A stretch of 61,420 nucleotides of DNA from Clostridia bacterium (GTDB lineage Bacteria > Bacillota > Clostridia > Oscillospirales > CAG-272). The stretch spans positions 1 through 61,420 of the forward strand of contig JAGATW010000070.1 of assembly GCA_017621085.1 (NCBI GenBank). Reading direction: 5' to 3'. Shown here piece after piece: positions 20,081 through 30,670 of this stretch. How positions within the stretch are numbered: position 1 is the first letter of the stretch; the number at the start of each line of letters is the position of its first letter. The translations under genes were made by a program, and so were the position numbers. The notes below the pieces were generated by a model, which did not search any database, was not told the DNA's origin, and saw only the letters and a program-made list of their open reading frames with translations.

Positions 20081-20545
20081 CTATTTATTTTTCTTTTTAA
20101 AAATAATAAACTTGCTAAAGAAGTAATTTAGAATTATAACAATTACAGCTAAAATAACCTTAGCAATCAGGTCGCCTGTTAATGTAAAGAAGGATAGGTC
20201 AATTGCAATATTCTTAAATGCAAGGACCTCTACAAAAAGTAACAAGCCGGCTTCCTCAATTAAGAAGCTTAAAACCCTTGCACCTAAAAACTCCAAAAGC
20301 TCACGTGTTATTGTTTTTGCATCAAATGCTTTAACCTCGAAAACAAAAAGCTTGTTTACCACATAGGCAAAAAGTGCCGCTATTACCCACGCAATAAGGT
20401 TGGTAACTAAGTATAATTCCTTGTCTAAAATAAGGTCAAATAAAATATAAGCTACAAAGTTTACAAGGGTAGTTAAAGCGCCAAATATTATATAGAGTAT
20501 AATTTCCTTATGCTTTAGATAAAGTGATTTAATTTTGCTCATCAT
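20081..20545 (-). CDS. GtrA-family small lipid-sugar flippase
   Basis: YIIFGALTTLVN, FAYVVNKLFVF, LNYFFSKFIIF; four hydrophobic segments. Confidence 0.88.
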   Translation of the reverse strand: MMSKIKSLYLKHKEIILYIIFGALTTLVNFVAYILFDLILDKELYLVTNLIAWVIAALFAYVVNKLFVFEVKAFDAKTITRELLEFLGARVLSFLIEEAGLLLFVEVLAFKNIAIDLSFFTLTGDLIAKVILAVIVIILNYFFSKFIIFKKKNK

Positions 20546-21479
20546 TCTTTTCCTTTATCTCAAGCTTGTCCTTTAAAATATACACAGGACGATTTTTTGC
20601 CTGAACATACATTTTAGCAATATATTCACCTAAAACGCCTAAGCAGAACAGCTGAATACCACCTATTAAAAGAACAAGAACAACTATTGTTGCATATCCG
20701 GGCACATCAATACCGAAGGCGAGCTTTTGCACAATTACAAAAATAAGATAAGCAATTGACAAAAGTGAGCTTATAAAGCCAACATAAGTGGACAATTTAA
20801 GTGGTGAGGTAGAAAAGGCAAATATACCCTCGAAAGCATACCTGATAAGCTTTTTAGTCCCCCACTTGCTCTGACCGCTTTCTCTTTTTGCCACCTCATA
20901 TGGAATATACTCAGTATTAAAGCCAACGTAGCTGAAAATTCCCTTAGAAAAGCGATGGAACTCTGTCATTTGCAATATGGCATCAACCATATTTCTTTTC
21001 ATTAAGCGAAAGTCGGACGCACCATTTACAAAGCGAACATCGGAAATCTTATTTATAAATTTGTAAAAGCCTGACTTAATAGCTGACATAAGCTTATTTT
21101 CCTTGCGCTTTTTTTGATACGCAGTTACACAGTCAAGCTCAGGATTAGCATTTAAAACCTCAAGCATTTCAAGGACAACCTGTGGTCTTTGCTGTAAATC
21201 GGCATCTATTAAGCAAACAAGGTCACCGCGAGCGTGAGAAAGCCCTGCATAAATAGCGCTTTCCTTGCCAAAGTTACGGCTAAAACACAAAACCTGTACA
21301 TTTTGTGGGCTTGAAGCGTGTATTTCCTTTAGTCTTTGATAGGTTTTGTCACTACTACCATCGTTTACAAAAACAAATTCATAGCTATCAACCTTGCCCT
21401 CAAAGGCAGAGCAAACCTCATTATAAAATGCGTGAACATTTCCCTCCTCATTATAGCAGGGAACAACTAATGATAACAT
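20529..21479 (-). CDS. Polyprenol-phosphate glycosyltransferase, GT2 (GtrB-like)
   Basis: VVPCYNEE, FSRNFGKE, DADLQ, DFRL, two C-terminal TM helices, GEYI, RPVY. Confidence 0.9.
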   Translation of the reverse strand: MLSLVVPCYNEEGNVHAFYNEVCSAFEGKVDSYEFVFVNDGSSDKTYQRLKEIHASSPQNVQVLCFSRNFGKESAIYAGLSHARGDLVCLIDADLQQRPQVVLEMLEVLNANPELDCVTAYQKKRKENKLMSAIKSGFYKFINKISDVRFVNGASDFRLMKRNMVDAILQMTEFHRFSKGIFSYVGFNTEYIPYEVAKRESGQSKWGTKKLIRYAFEGIFAFSTSPLKLSTYVGFISSLLSIAYLIFVIVQKLAFGIDVPGYATIVVLVLLIGGIQLFCLGVLGEYIAKMYVQAKNRPVYILKDKLEIKEKNDEQN

Positions 21480-21497
21480 AAAAATCCTCCAAGCAAA

Positions 21498-23186
21498 TTA
21501 CGCTAATTTTTCAAGCAGCTCCTGACAAAGCTCTGCAACCTCAGAAAGCGCGCCCTTTTCAAATGGTGACTTTAAATCTGCCATTTCAATTAGCTTAGTA
21601 AAGGTATAGTTGCCTGTACGCCTTGCGTGGTCTATATAGGTACGTAAAGCACCATCATAGTCCTTTAAGCTTAGCTGTAAAAACTCAAAGGCAATAACCT
21701 GCGCTAAGCAGTAGTCAATATAGTAAAACGGGCTTTGGAAAATATGGTTTTGATATTGCCATCTTGTACCCTTTTCAAGATACTCTATGCCATTTGCATT
21801 CATATAAGGACGGAACTTGCCTTCAAGCTCAAGCCATAGCTTGTTTCTTTCGGCAGGTGTCATTTCCGGGTTTTCATAAACCACCTCTTGGAAGTAGTCA
21901 ACAATAACTCCGTAAGGAATAAAGGAAAGAGCAGAGAAAAGGTGCTTATATTTGTATTTGTCAGCACTCTTGCCAAAGAACTTATCAATATATTTCCAAG
22001 CGAAGAACTCCATGCTCATAGAGTGGCTCTCGGCTGTTTCCATTCCACCTAAGGAAAGCTCCGGAGTCATTTCATCTCTACCTACAAAGTAAGCAAACGC
22101 GTGACCTGCCTCGTGTGTAATTACATCAACATCGGCAGTTGTACCATTAAAATTCGCAAATATAAATGGCTGACGGTAATCGGGGAAAAATGTCATGTAG
22201 CCACCTGTCCACTTGCCTTCTCTTGGCATAACGTCAAAGGCATCGGACTCAAACATCATATCAATAAACTCACAGGTTTCAGGGCTCATTTCGTGATACA
22301 TTTCCTTGCCTGCCTCTAAAATACCCTTAGCATCAAGAATTGGTACAGGGTCAATTTCAAAGTAAGTGCTATCATCATAAAGCTTCATTTCATCAATTCC
22401 AAGCTTTGCAGCAATCTTCTTTTTTAAATTTGATATAACAGGCACTAAATCACTTAAAACATTTTCACGGAAAACCTTTATAGCCTCTTTGTCATAAGAG
22501 GTTCTTTGCATAAGGTTGTAGCCAAGCTTAACATAGTTATCATAGCCAAGCTTTTTTGCCATTCTGTCCCTTACTTTAACCATTTTGTCATAAATTCCGT
22601 CAAGGAACTCACTATTATCGCCTAAGGACTTACCAAGAGCATTGTAGGCTTCCTTTCTTGTTTCTCTGTCACTGTCCTGCATATATTTACGCAAAGCACC
22701 CAAGGTTAGCTTTTCGCCACGGAAATCATAGGTAAGCTCGGAGACAAACTTGCTATATTCGGTTGTTAGCTTATTTTCCTCCTGCATTTCCTCTAAAATA
22801 CGCTCATCAACGCACTTTAAGGAAAGCTCCAACATTGTAATAACAAGAGGATTTAAGGTCTTTTTTGCTTCCTCTAAATATGGGGAGCTAAGAAAAGCCT
22901 TTGTGAATTTAACGTCGTACATTTGAATTTCGGGAAGAGCAGAGTTATAGTAATCCATTTCCTTTTCATAAAATTCATCACGGCTGTTAAGATTTAGGCG
23001 AGTTGAGGCAAGACGTGCCACCGTGCCAACATGCTCACTTAGCTTATTGTATTCCTCACGTAAGGAAAGAAGCTCGTCACCACTTGCTGCATTTTCAGTC
23101 CTTGTAATTATGTCCTTAATTTTTTCAATAACAGAGTCCTTATCAACTCTTTCATATTTCATTTCACTTATTTTAGTATATTTCAT
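21498..23186 (-). CDS. M3-family oligoendopeptidase (PepF-like)
   Basis: HEAGH zinc motif, ESHSMSMEF, PFYYIDY; start after AAGGAG. Confidence 0.9.
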   Translation of the reverse strand: MKYTKISEMKYERVDKDSVIEKIKDIITRTENAASGDELLSLREEYNKLSEHVGTVARLASTRLNLNSRDEFYEKEMDYYNSALPEIQMYDVKFTKAFLSSPYLEEAKKTLNPLVITMLELSLKCVDERILEEMQEENKLTTEYSKFVSELTYDFRGEKLTLGALRKYMQDSDRETRKEAYNALGKSLGDNSEFLDGIYDKMVKVRDRMAKKLGYDNYVKLGYNLMQRTSYDKEAIKVFRENVLSDLVPVISNLKKKIAAKLGIDEMKLYDDSTYFEIDPVPILDAKGILEAGKEMYHEMSPETCEFIDMMFESDAFDVMPREGKWTGGYMTFFPDYRQPFIFANFNGTTADVDVITHEAGHAFAYFVGRDEMTPELSLGGMETAESHSMSMEFFAWKYIDKFFGKSADKYKYKHLFSALSFIPYGVIVDYFQEVVYENPEMTPAERNKLWLELEGKFRPYMNANGIEYLEKGTRWQYQNHIFQSPFYYIDYCLAQVIAFEFLQLSLKDYDGALRTYIDHARRTGNYTFTKLIEMADLKSPFEKGALSEVAELCQELLEKLA

Positions 23187-23217
23187 AGTATGCTCCTTAA
23201 AAAACATTTACCTTATA

Positions 23218-23281
23218 ATAATAACATAAAACAAAATAACTGTCAAGTAACTTGACAGGCTAAGTGATTGCGTGTTAAAAT
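23218..23281. promoter_or_regulatory. Back-to-back divergent sigma-A promoters
   Basis: TGTCAAGTAACTTGACA (23241-23257) gives a TTGACA on each strand; -10 TATTAT (minus, 17 bp spacer) and TAAAAT (plus, 18 bp spacer). Confidence 0.55.
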
Positions 23282-23314
23282 ATATAAGATATCAAACCTA
23301 AAAAGGAAGAACAA

Positions 23315-23806
23315 ATGTTAAATTTAGTATATATTTTTACGCCACTTATTTTAATACTTGGCGTTGCAGGAATTTTTGCCCTTGCAAAAAAGGAAAATGA
23401 GCGTAAAACAAGTAAGCTAAACAGACGTGATTTTACAATTCGCTCCTCTTACGTATGGGGTGGAATTATGATAACCATTGATGTAATTACATTAGTAATG
23501 CTTGTTTTCGGCAATATCGGTGAGCCATTTCCCATTGGCTTTAATTTAGTGCTTGCCACCGTTTTTGTCATATTCGCCTTTGGAATTTTACAGGTGTTTA
23601 GAGAAAAGGTTAAGGTTAAGGACAATGATATTATATATACCCCTGCAATAGGTCGAACATGCACCTACACCTTTTCACAAATTGAAAAAATTGAAAGCAA
23701 AAAAACAGGCACAGCAGTATTTATAGGTGGCAAAAAAGCCTTTACCTTAGACACTAACGGTGTTGGCACACTACTGTTTATTGAAATTTTTAAAACACGT
23801 AAATAA
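23315..23806 (+). CDS. Hypothetical membrane protein (3 TM plus PH-like soluble tail)
   Basis: Three hydrophobic segments; AAGGA RBS; downstream terminator. Confidence 0.6.
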   Translation: MLNLVYIFTPLILILGVAGIFALAKKENERKTSKLNRRDFTIRSSYVWGGIMITIDVITLVMLVFGNIGEPFPIGFNLVLATVFVIFAFGILQVFREKVKVKDNDIIYTPAIGRTCTYTFSQIEKIESKKTGTAVFIGGKKAFTLDTNGVGTLLFIEIFKTRK

Positions 23807-23839
23807 AATAGCAAGAACAAAATCTGTTCTTGCTATTTT
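23805..23839. terminator. Bidirectional terminator
   Basis: AAAATAGCAAGAACA-AAATC-TGTTCTTGCTATTTT. Confidence 0.8.
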
Positions 23840-24568
23840 TTACTTTGAATGAATTGCTGAATTAATAACCTCAAGAGCTTTTTGCGCATCGCTCTTTGTT
23901 AGCTGAGGCACACCGTTTAATGGGTATTCAATGCCCAAGCCTTCATACTTAGAAACACCTAAGGTATGGTATGGTAAAACATCAATTTTATCAATACAGC
24001 CGTAATTTTTAATTAATCCACCAAGACGTAAAAGATATTCGTCTTTATAGGTTATATCCGGCACAATAACGTGTCTTATCCACACACGCTTTTCCTTTTT
24101 TTCTAAATATTCAAGGAAATTAAGCACACTTTCGTTTGAAAAGCCTGTTAGCTTCTTATGCTCGTTTTTATCAATATGCTTTATATCAAGCATAATAAGG
24201 TCGCAATATTCCATTAACTTATCAAAGTTAGCTTGATTTTCCTTGTTAAAGGTAATACCGGAGGTATCAAGGGCTGTATGTATGCCCCTTGCTTTAGCAA
24301 GCTTAAAAAGCTCTGTTAAAAAGTCTATTTGCATTAAGGGCTCGCCACCGGTTGCAGTAATGCCACCTGTTTCGTAAAATGGCAAATTTCTTACCATCCT
24401 ATCAATAAGCTCCTGTGCCTCGTACTCCGTGCCTGCGTGAGTTACCCAAGTGTCAGGGTTGTGACAGTAAAGGCAACGCATAGGACAGCCTTGGAAAAAC
24501 ACTACAAAGCGTACTCCGGGGCCATCAACCGTGCCAAAGCTTTCTATGGAGTGAACATACCCCTTCAT
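23840..24568 (-). CDS. pflA: Pyruvate formate-lyase activating enzyme (radical SAM)
   Basis: ESFGTVDGPG, GCPMRCLYCHNPDTW, LPYHTLG; start at MKGYVH just after the pflB stop. Confidence 0.95.
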   Translation of the reverse strand: MKGYVHSIESFGTVDGPGVRFVVFFQGCPMRCLYCHNPDTWVTHAGTEYEAQELIDRMVRNLPFYETGGITATGGEPLMQIDFLTELFKLAKARGIHTALDTSGITFNKENQANFDKLMEYCDLIMLDIKHIDKNEHKKLTGFSNESVLNFLEYLEKKEKRVWIRHVIVPDITYKDEYLLRLGGLIKNYGCIDKIDVLPYHTLGVSKYEGLGIEYPLNGVPQLTKSDAQKALEVINSAIHSK

Positions 24569-24569
24569 A

Positions 24570-26798
24570 TCAGATACAGCAATGGAAGGTTCTTGAAATA
24601 ACCTCGTCCTGTTGCTCCTTTGTAAGCTTAATAAAGTTAACTGCGTAGCCGGACACACGAATTGTTAATTGTGGGTATTTTTCAGGATGCTTTTGAGCAT
24701 CTAATAAAAGCTCTCTGTCAAATACATTTACATTAAGGTGGAAGCCACCCTTCTTGGAATAACCGTCGAGAAGAGCAATAAGATTGCGTCTTTGCTCATC
24801 CTCCTCCTTACCAAGGGCAGATGGAATGATTGTAAATGTGTTGGAAATACCGTCCTGCGAATCCATAAATGGAATTTTAGCAACAGATGCAAGGGATGCA
24901 ATAGCACCGTTTGTATCTCTGCCGTGCATTGGGTTAGCACCGGGCGCAAATGCCTCGCCCTGCTTTCTTCCGTCAGGGGTAGAGCCTGTATTCTTACCGT
25001 AAGAAACGTTAGAGGTAATTGTTAAAATAGAGGTTGTGTGTACGCCGCCACGGTAGGTATGATTCTGACGCAAATATTTAATGAATGTATGCAACACCTC
25101 AGTGGCAATAGAGTCAACTCTGTCGTCATCATTACCGTATTTAGGGAAGTCACCCTCTGTAATGTAGTCAGTTACAATTCCTTTTTCGTTTCTTACAACC
25201 TTAACCTTGGCATATTTAATGGCAGAGAGTGAGTCAGCAACAACGGAAAATCCTGCAATACCTGTTGCAAACCATCTCTTAACATTTTTGTCGTGTAATG
25301 CCATTTGAAGTCTTTCGTAGGAATACTTGTCGTGCATATAGTGGATAATGTTAAGAGCATTAATATATACTCCTGCAAGCCATTCCATCATAGCATTGTA
25401 TTTGGTCATTACATCGTCATAGTCAAGGTATTCACCCTCAACAGCACGATATTCAGGACCAACCTGCTCACCGGTAATTTCGTCCTTACCACCGTTAATT
25501 GCGTAAAGCAAGCATTTAGCAAGGTTAGCTCTTGCACCAAAGAATTGCATTTCCTTACCTATTCTCATAGAGGAAACACAGCAAGCAATACCATAGTCAT
25601 CACCATGGAGAGGGCGCATTAAATCGTCGTTTTCATACTGTATTGCGTGATGCTCAATAGAAATCTTTGCACAAAATTCCTTGAAGGCATCAGGCAATTG
25701 TGTTGACCAAAGCACAGTTAGGTTTGGCTCTGGTGCCGCGCCTATGTTGTTTAAGGTATTTAAGTAACGGAAGGACATTTTTGTAACCATATGACGTCCG
25801 TCAGTACCAACACCACCAATAGACTCAGTTACCCAAGTAGGGTCACCTGCAAAAATAGCATTATAGTCAGGAGTTCTTGCAAAGCATACAAGACGTAGCT
25901 TCATAATAAAGTGGTCAACAATCTCCTGTGCCTCTTTTTCAGTAATAATACCTGCCTTTAAATCTCTCTCAGCATAAATGTCAAGGAAGGTAGAGGTTCT
26001 ACCAAGGCTCATAGCAGCGCCATTTTGCTCCTTAACTGCTGCAAGGTAAGCAAGATATAGCCACTGTACAGCTTCCTTTAAGGTCGAAGCCGGCTTGGAA
26101 ATATCAAAGCCGTAAAATTCACCAAGCTTTTTGAGCATTTGTAATGCTCTTATTTGCTCGGAAATTTCCTCGCGCTCTTGTATAACGTCGGAATACATAA
26201 CTATTCTTGTTCCGTTTTTCTTAGCTTCCTTGTCCTGAATTAAACGGTCAATACCGTAAAGAGCAACAAGACGATAGTCACCAATAATTCTGCCACGACC
26301 GTATCCGTCAGGCAAGCCTGTAATAATATGGCTGGAGCGACATTTTCTCATCTCAGGCGTGTATGCGTCAAAAACACCTGCATTGTGTGTTTTTCTGTGC
26401 TCAGTAAAGAAGTCAACAATTTCAGGATCAACCTCATATCCGTTTTGCTTGCAAGCCTGCATAGCCATTCTGATACCGCCATAAGGCTGAAGAGCTCTCT
26501 TTAATGGCTTGTCTGTTTGCAAGCCTACAATTTGCTCCTTGTCCTTGTCAATATATGCAGCTTTGTGTGATGTGATTGTAGAAACCGTGCGAGTGTCCAT
26601 ATCAAGAACACCACCATTTTCAATTTCCTGCTTCTTTAGGTCGCTTACCTGCTTCCACAAATCAAGGGTAGCATTAGTTGGTCCGCAAAGAAAGCTATCG
26701 TCACCATCATATGGTGTATAGTTCTTCTGTATAAAGTCGCGCACGTTGATTTCATTTTCCCATGCGCCACCATTAAAATTAATCCATTCATCTCTCAT
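24570..26798 (-). CDS. pflB: Pyruvate formate-lyase
   Basis: IACCVS active-site Cys pair and IRVSGYAV glycyl-radical loop; start at MRDEW after GGAGG. Confidence 0.97.
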   Translation of the reverse strand: MRDEWINFNGGAWENEINVRDFIQKNYTPYDGDDSFLCGPTNATLDLWKQVSDLKKQEIENGGVLDMDTRTVSTITSHKAAYIDKDKEQIVGLQTDKPLKRALQPYGGIRMAMQACKQNGYEVDPEIVDFFTEHRKTHNAGVFDAYTPEMRKCRSSHIITGLPDGYGRGRIIGDYRLVALYGIDRLIQDKEAKKNGTRIVMYSDVIQEREEISEQIRALQMLKKLGEFYGFDISKPASTLKEAVQWLYLAYLAAVKEQNGAAMSLGRTSTFLDIYAERDLKAGIITEKEAQEIVDHFIMKLRLVCFARTPDYNAIFAGDPTWVTESIGGVGTDGRHMVTKMSFRYLNTLNNIGAAPEPNLTVLWSTQLPDAFKEFCAKISIEHHAIQYENDDLMRPLHGDDYGIACCVSSMRIGKEMQFFGARANLAKCLLYAINGGKDEITGEQVGPEYRAVEGEYLDYDDVMTKYNAMMEWLAGVYINALNIIHYMHDKYSYERLQMALHDKNVKRWFATGIAGFSVVADSLSAIKYAKVKVVRNEKGIVTDYITEGDFPKYGNDDDRVDSIATEVLHTFIKYLRQNHTYRGGVHTTSILTITSNVSYGKNTGSTPDGRKQGEAFAPGANPMHGRDTNGAIASLASVAKIPFMDSQDGISNTFTIIPSALGKEEDEQRRNLIALLDGYSKKGGFHLNVNVFDRELLLDAQKHPEKYPQLTIRVSGYAVNFIKLTKEQQDEVISRTFHCCI

Positions 26799-27067
26799 AA
26801 TAGTGTCCTCCCTTCGAGGTAAATGATAAAATCTTTTCACATATAATATACCATTTTTTTGTCGTAAAGTCAACAATAATTGAATATTATTCTATAATCA
26901 TTACTTTATACATAAAAAGCTTAAAGCACGACCTTTCTTTTGTTGATTTGCAACATTTTCTTTTAGCAAAAGATTTATTCAGGTTGTAGATGTAGTATAT
27001 AATAAAAAGATTTGCAATACAATTGCATTTTCATCAAAATATATTGCACTTCTTGTCATGTATAAGG

Positions 27068-27934
27068 TTAGCTAAAAACATTAAATTTTCTCTTATATTC
27101 GCTGGGAGAAGTCTTGGCATACGCCTTAAAGCTGCGAGAGAAGAAGTTAACATCATCATAACCACACATTCGTCCTATTTCACCAATTAACATATCACTT
27201 GTTTTTAAAAGCTCAGCTGCCAATTCCATTCGTAGCGTAAGTATATACTTAGTGGGGGACATGCCCATTAGCCTTTTGAAGTGTAAATTGTAAGTGGTCA
27301 TACACATATTCTCCAGGCTTGCAAGATAAGGTATTTTGATGCTTGTTGTATAGAATTCGTTTATAAACGAAATTGATTTTGAAAGAAGGGAGCCACGGCT
27401 TTTGCTTTTTGCTCCTCTTGAAGCCTCGATAAAAATTCTTTCAAGAAGCAGAGAGAGCTCCTTCTCACGGTACTTATCGTTTTTGGAAAATGCGTCAAAA
27501 AGTGAATTGAATCTTATTTGAACACTGTTACCAACGGCGAGATGATTTATTTGTGGAAAAAGCTTTAAATCATATTTTGCTAACAATTCAAAGGCACGGC
27601 TTCCTGTAAAGTGTACACACAAATAGCTAAAGGGAAACTTTGTTGAAAAGATAGTGTAAGGAGTGTTTGGAGGAATGATAATTATATCGTTTTGATAAAA
27701 ATCCACCACCTCGTGTCCGATTTTTGCGTGTAGCTCTCCTGAAACCAAGAAAATAAAATAATAGTCAAGTCTGCCACATTTGTTGTAATTAATGCAATTT
27801 TTATCTGTAACAGAGGTGCTGCCGGCAACATTTACAGCCAAGGGTATGTCAGTTCTTAAACAGCTGTTGTGGTTTATTTCCCAATCTTGAAAAAAGCCAT
27901 CCTTGGTTATTGTTGATAGACGTAGATTTTTCAT
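27068..27934 (-). CDS. AraC-family transcriptional regulator
   Basis: N-terminal cupin-like region; C-terminal GYDDVNFFSRSFK..SPSEYK. Confidence 0.9.
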   Translation of the reverse strand: MKNLRLSTITKDGFFQDWEINHNSCLRTDIPLAVNVAGSTSVTDKNCINYNKCGRLDYYFIFLVSGELHAKIGHEVVDFYQNDIIIIPPNTPYTIFSTKFPFSYLCVHFTGSRAFELLAKYDLKLFPQINHLAVGNSVQIRFNSLFDAFSKNDKYREKELSLLLERIFIEASRGAKSKSRGSLLSKSISFINEFYTTSIKIPYLASLENMCMTTYNLHFKRLMGMSPTKYILTLRMELAAELLKTSDMLIGEIGRMCGYDDVNFFSRSFKAYAKTSPSEYKRKFNVFS

Positions 27935-28060
27935 TTTTATCTTCCTTTCCTTAAACGTTAAATAATGCTAAAATAATGTCAAAATTTGCATAGAAATTTA
28001 CACATAAATAGTGTATCATAAAATTAGCGAAATGTCAAATAATACATAAGGAGAATGAAA

Positions 28061-29566
28061 ATGAAAAAGAAATTTTTATTGATAATTTCAATGTTAATTG
28101 TTTTTTGTTGCTTTTTTGCAATCAGTATAAGTGCTGCTGCAACTGACGAATTTGGCACACCCGAAACAATTAACGGAATTGATTTAACAGGAATGAATGA
28201 GGACACGGTGGCACGTGTAGTAATTGTGGACGCAAATGGGGAATATCACACCTACCCTGCTCAATATGTGGTGTCAAGCAATACAAAATTTTATTACAAC
28301 TTTAAGCCAATCAACACAGCTCTCGGCACAAATTATAATAAGCACAGCATAATAAGAATTGAGGTTCCGGATAATATACAAATTGCTACAAACTGTGGTG
28401 ATTTATCACAAACTAACAATATGGTGGAAATTAAATTTTTCCCAAGCTCAGAGCTACATACTCTTGAATATGGTTGCTTCTACGCAAACAAAAAGCTTCA
28501 AAAGCTTAATATTCCGCCAAAAGTTACCACTATGGGAACCTTGCTTATCAACAACTCTTACATTAAAGAGCTTATATTTATGGACGGCTTTTCTGCCATT
28601 CCACCAAAGGACTCATTCAAAGGTGCTTCTGGTGTTAAAAAGGTTGTTTTCTCAAACCAAATGACCACTATGGAAGACCGTTCCTTTGATGGAACCTTTG
28701 GTGAAGAGCTTGAGGAATTTTATTTTGGCGCAAGCCTTAAGGATTTGGGTACTAACAACGCAGCTTGGGTAAAGCAGTCTGTTAAATTCTATATTCCTGC
28801 ACAGTTCTTGTCAGAGGTAGAAGAGGTTAAAATGGAGACCTATTCTTGGTGGGCAAGCTCAGCATGCTTGCCAACAGGCGTTATCTTCTTTACAGGAACA
28901 AAGGAGCAAGCACAGGCAATAATTGATAAATCAACCTATGATAGAGTTTTTTGCTCAAGCGCAGAGCTTGTTGCATGGGATTCCAACGTAAGTGATGATG
29001 ACTATGTGCCAAGCAGTGGCTGGAGAATTGTTTACGGATACAATACCTGTCGTGCATTTTATGAAAATGCGCACGATATGAACGGTAAAAACACACCCAA
29101 TGTAAAGAGCTATTTTGAAAAAATTACAGTTGGCGATATGTGTAAGCGTTGCTTAAGCGGTGTTGTGTCAGAGGAAATTGACCCATTGTTTGTATGCAAG
29201 GGCTACACTGTATCAACCTTTGGAGAAACATTCTCAATGGCACAGGGCTTTGTTATTAACAATGAGGCAATTGAAAAATATATGAAGTACGTGCCGGACT
29301 TTGAGTATGGCTTAATCGTAGCAGGCAATACGGCTGATAACGAAGCCTTTGCACCTGCTCTTAATGGGGATTTGTGTATACCACAGAATAAGCTTACACA
29401 CGATTATTTTGACATTAAGATAACAGGTATAACAAGTGATTATGCTGATAGTAAAATTGTATTTTGCGCTTATGTAAAGGCTGGCGAAAAGGTATATTAT
29501 CTTGATAACTACAAAACCTGTGAAGCATTAACAGGCATTAGCTATAACGAAATTCCTAAAGCATAA
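28061..29566 (+). CDS. Secreted BspA-like leucine-rich-repeat surface protein
   Basis: Signal peptide ending AISISAA; degenerate LRR_5-type repeats (LQKLNIPPKVTTMG, VKKVVFSNQMTTMEDRSF, LEEFYFGASLKDLG). Confidence 0.65.
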   Translation: MKKKFLLIISMLIVFCCFFAISISAAATDEFGTPETINGIDLTGMNEDTVARVVIVDANGEYHTYPAQYVVSSNTKFYYNFKPINTALGTNYNKHSIIRIEVPDNIQIATNCGDLSQTNNMVEIKFFPSSELHTLEYGCFYANKKLQKLNIPPKVTTMGTLLINNSYIKELIFMDGFSAIPPKDSFKGASGVKKVVFSNQMTTMEDRSFDGTFGEELEEFYFGASLKDLGTNNAAWVKQSVKFYIPAQFLSEVEEVKMETYSWWASSACLPTGVIFFTGTKEQAQAIIDKSTYDRVFCSSAELVAWDSNVSDDDYVPSSGWRIVYGYNTCRAFYENAHDMNGKNTPNVKSYFEKITVGDMCKRCLSGVVSEEIDPLFVCKGYTVSTFGETFSMAQGFVINNEAIEKYMKYVPDFEYGLIVAGNTADNEAFAPALNGDLCIPQNKLTHDYFDIKITGITSDYADSKIVFCAYVKAGEKVYYLDNYKTCEALTGISYNEIPKA

Positions 29567-29569
29567 AAC

Positions 29570-29599
29570 AAAACGGAGAGAAAGGTTTCTCTCCGTTTT
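29570..29599. terminator. Bidirectional terminator
   Basis: AAAACGGAGAGAAA-GG-TTTCTCTCCGTTTT. Confidence 0.8.
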
Positions 29600-30522
29600 T
29601 AAATTAGTAAGCACATAATAGGAATTGTAATAGCACTTAATGAGGTGCTTAATAAAACCATATTTGCAGCAGTTCTTTGACCTTGACCTAACATTTCCGC
29701 AAATGTTAAAATTACGCTTGCCACAGGGCAAAGGAACAGTATGTAAATTGTTAGCTTTAAATTATGCTCAATCGGTAAGGGTAACAAAATAAGCAAAACT
29801 AAAAGCGGTAATGCAATTTGCTTAATTAGTGCAATTAAATATTGCTGTGGCTTTGTAAATACGTCTTTTAGTGGGGCACAGGCAAGTCGCATACCCATAA
29901 TAAGCATACAAAGCGGAGTTGTCATTCTGGCAAGAAGGCTTATCATACCATCTATTTGACTTGGAAAATCAACACCGAAAATTAAAAGCGGAAGCGCAAC
30001 AAAAAGAGCAATTACCGCAGGGTTTAAAATAATCTTTTTAATGCTCATATATTTTCTGTCACGAGTTATTACGTAAGATGCAACAGTCCAGCCAAGAATG
30101 TTCATAGCAAGGGAGAACATAGCGGAAATTACAACAGCCTCGGGGTAATGTGGCAAAAGTGCTTGTAAAATGGGAACGCCCATAAAGCCACAGTTTGAAA
30201 AGGATGTGCAAAGGGTAAAAATTCTATATGATGGGTCGCTCTCCTTTTTCTTAAACACAAATGAAAACACAAGCAAGAAGGTAATAAGCACAACTAAAAT
30301 AAATAAAAATGAAAATATCATTTTCCACATTAGCTCAATGGAAAAGTCAACAGAGGTAATGGAGTTTATAACAAGCATAGGAGAGCAAACATACATAAGC
30401 AGCTTAGCAAAGGCAGGGATAGCCTCACTTTTAATAAGCTTTGACTTTATTAACAAAAATCCGGGAATAGCATAAAAAAGCATAATTCCAACAGTTGTAA
30501 GCGCAGTAATAAAGCTACTCAT
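29599..30522 (-). CDS. AEC (auxin efflux carrier)-family transporter
   Basis: FSNCGFMGVP, NPAVIA, TPLCMLIMG motifs; about 10 TM segments. Confidence 0.88.
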   Translation of the reverse strand: MSSFITALTTVGIMLFYAIPGFLLIKSKLIKSEAIPAFAKLLMYVCSPMLVINSITSVDFSIELMWKMIFSFLFILVVLITFLLVFSFVFKKKESDPSYRIFTLCTSFSNCGFMGVPILQALLPHYPEAVVISAMFSLAMNILGWTVASYVITRDRKYMSIKKIILNPAVIALFVALPLLIFGVDFPSQIDGMISLLARMTTPLCMLIMGMRLACAPLKDVFTKPQQYLIALIKQIALPLLVLLILLPLPIEHNLKLTIYILFLCPVASVILTFAEMLGQGQRTAANMVLLSTSLSAITIPIMCLLI

Positions 30523-30670
30523 AGTGTCCCCCTTTAACATTTTTTACTAATGATAGCACATAAATCAATGGTTTTCAATAATAATTTCAAAAAATTTAAG
30601 TCAAAATATTGAAATGAAAAAAATAGTGTGATAGAATAATTTTATTATTTTTTGCACGGAGGCAAATTGT

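Noticed and set aside
23241-23257. TGTCAAGTAACTTGACA as a third XRE operator
   Set aside because: Spacer is 1 nt shorter than in the two operators, and the palindrome is explained by back-to-back -35 boxes of divergent promoters
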